Positions 62,595 through 64,000 of a DNA stretch of 64,000 nucleotides are shown piece by piece. A program made the translations under genes and the position numbers. The stretch is from Bacillota bacterium. Lineage in GTDB: Bacteria > Bacillota > UBA4882 > UBA8346. Location of the stretch: the NCBI GenBank assembly GCA_023429995.1, contig JAEZCE010000046.1:27283-91282 (forward strand), in the 5' to 3' direction. The notes under the pieces are model-generated. The model did not search any database. It saw only the letters and a program-made list of their open reading frames with translations, and had not been told where the DNA came from. How positions within the stretch are numbered: position 1 is the first letter of the stretch; each line of letters starts with the position of its first letter.

Positions 62595-64000
62595 TTATTT
62601 TAAATATTTACTGGCCGGGACGCCGGTTATTTCTTTAAAAACACGACAGAAATACTTAGGGTCCCCATAGCCTACTTTTTCAGCGATTTCGTAGATTTTA
62701 AGCTCCGAGTCAATTAACAGCTCTTTCGCTTTATTGATCCGGTAATTCTTGAGATAAGCTGTAAAGCTTTGGCCTACTTCTTTATAAAACAACATACTGA
62801 AATATTCCGGAGTAATATGAAGCTTTTCGGCGATTGCTTCCCGGGAAATACCGGTTTGATAGTTGTCGGCAATGATTTTGAGCGCTCGAATCACCGGCAG
62901 GCTATAAGCGGGTTGCCTTTCATTTCCATTGAAACTTAAATTCTTCTGCAAATCCATTAAAACGGTTTCCAATTGATCCATGGTCATTGCATTGATAACT
63001 TGCTTCAGAATTTCCGGTTGTTTAAGACGCTTAAACCGGTCCAAATCCGTCTCTTTGACTGCGTTGGTGATGGAGGATATAAATTGTAAAAAGGCGGCGA
63101 TCATTTGATCCGGATAATATTTTCCCCGAGTCCACCAACTTAAAAAATTTTCAAAAACCCCCGGTAGATTTTGAAAATGTTGGCGGGATACTTCCGTAAC
63201 AGCTTGCCTTTCGATTTCGGCCGGATAAATAGCGGGCTGAACATGAAGTCCGGCAATCGCCGATTGGGTAATCATCTTATCCTTGCCTAAGAGTAATGCC
63301 CATTTAAACATTTCACTCAGTTGCTGAAATTTGGTGGGCAACTCTTCCAATAAATCCACAGCAATCCATCCCATCACCAAATCGGGAAAGTCCCGACAAT
63401 GAATGTTGTCCAAAAATTCACCCGCTAAAAGACTTTCAAGGTCGCCCAAACCACTTTTACATGAAACAATCATCAAGGTTACACCATTCATTTCACCATC
63501 CAAGATTAGATATTGGTTACCTGAATCAGCGCCCAATAACTCACTGAATCCCTGCTGTAACTCCTCGATGTCGTAAATTTTGTTCCCTGTATAAGCCGCC
63601 GCCAAAATAAAGGGTTGTATCCATTGGAAACTGCTGTCGGAATTGATTATTCGCTTTAAGTCTTTGACTTTTTCGATCTTACCCAGCAACAGGTCTTGAA
63701 ACAAATGTTTTATTGTAAAAAGACGCGAAGCCTTTCCCCGATCCCGTTCGTCCAATAACTCCCGTTCAATCGCAAGCAAACTTTGGCGCATTTTTTCGGC
63801 TGTGATTGGCTTTACCAAATACTCGGATACTCCTAAACCGATCGCTTGCTGGGCAAAGGAAAAATCCGAAAATGCGCTTAAAATAATGGCTTTATATTTT
63901 AACTCACGTTCTTTCAAAGCCTGGAGCATTTCCAATCCGCTGCATTCCGGCATCCTGATATCCGCAATGACTAAATCCGGTTTCAATTCACTGATCATCT
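62595..64000 (-). CDS. YesN-type two-component response regulator with an AraC-family output domain (N-terminus outside window)
   Basis: The receiver domain is cut at the window edge (KPDLVIADIRMPECSGLEM). The C-terminal AraC HTH is YEIAEKVGYGDPKYFCRVFK. Confidence 0.85.
   Translation of the reverse strand, partial: MISELKPDLVIADIRMPECSGLEMLQALKERELKYKAIILSAFSDFSFAQQAIGLGVSEYLVKPITAEKMRQSLLAIERELLDERDRGKASRLFTIKHLFQDLLLGKIEKVKDLKRIINSDSSFQWIQPFILAAAYTGNKIYDIEELQQGFSELLGADSGNQYLILDGEMNGVTLMIVSCKSGLGDLESLLAGEFLDNIHCRDFPDLVMGWIAVDLLEELPTKFQQLSEMFKWALLLGKDKMITQSAIAGLHVQPAIYPAEIERQAVTEVSRQHFQNLPGVFENFLSWWTRGKYYPDQMIAAFLQFISSITNAVKETDLDRFKRLKQPEILKQVINAMTMDQLETVLMDLQKNLSFNGNERQPAYSLPVIRALKIIADNYQTGISREAIAEKLHITPEYFSMLFYKEVGQSFTAYLKNYRINKAKELLIDSELKIYEIAEKVGYGDPKYFCRVFKEITGVPASKYLK

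Noticed and set aside
1-64000. Integrase, transposase, IS element, prophage, CRISPR-Cas or a known defence system.
   Set aside because: No ORF in any frame shows recombinase (R..H..R..Y), DDE, phage structural or cas signatures by eye. The only mobility signals are the tRNA half-duplication and the dispersed 70-nt repeat.

Overview
This looks like a chromosomal window from an endospore-forming Firmicute. The evidence is a GerA-type germinant-receptor operon, AGGAGG-type ribosome-binding sites and ATGA-coupled operons. A TolC-type outer-membrane factor also raises the possibility of a diderm (Negativicutes-like) or Peptococcaceae-like host, but that is inference only.

Layout:
- 0-17 kb: ordinary transport and housekeeping genes. 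These include a GntR regulator with a Liv-type ABC importer and a creatininase-family hydrolase, an orphan TctC-type binding protein, an MCP, an ADH + DASS transporter pair, a HAD hydrolase and TetR + Lon.
- 17.3-23.4 kb: a glycan-modification operon (NodU-type carbamoyltransferase, two GT2 enzymes, a Wzx-like flippase), divergent from a gerA-C-B-(D) germinant-receptor operon at 23.6-27.7 kb.
- 27.9-33.2 kb: a TetR-controlled MFS efflux operon with two different membrane-fusion proteins and TolC.
- 33.2-39.7 kb: a decayed accessory patch. It holds Fic, ParE, HEPN and GNAT remnants, a secreted triple beta-gamma-crystallin protein, and a 3.2-kb segment bracketed by a duplicated 3' half of tRNA-Glu that carries an MNT nucleotidyltransferase and a SWIM-finger protein. 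It also holds tRNA-Glu(CTC), tRNA-Gln(CTG) and a roughly 1-kb repeat- and hairpin-rich non-coding stretch.
- 39.7-42 kb: gltX and an HTH-desulfoferrodoxin fusion.
- 42.8-52.7 kb: the most interesting locus, a compact trans-AT polyketide cluster. It encodes one 2153-aa FAAL-ACP-KS-DH-KR-ACP protein, a discrete acyltransferase, a chorismate-lyase-like enzyme, an amidohydrolase and an E2/CAT-type acyltransferase. This suggests a hydroxybenzoate-primed polyketide.
- 53-64 kb: a DinB/tautomerase/GNAT operon and a GH3 + GH31 oligosaccharide-utilisation locus with an ABC importer and a YesN-type regulator that is cut by the window edge.

I saw no integrase, transposase, CRISPR array or rRNA. All functional calls rest on motif recognition by eye, and no database search was run.
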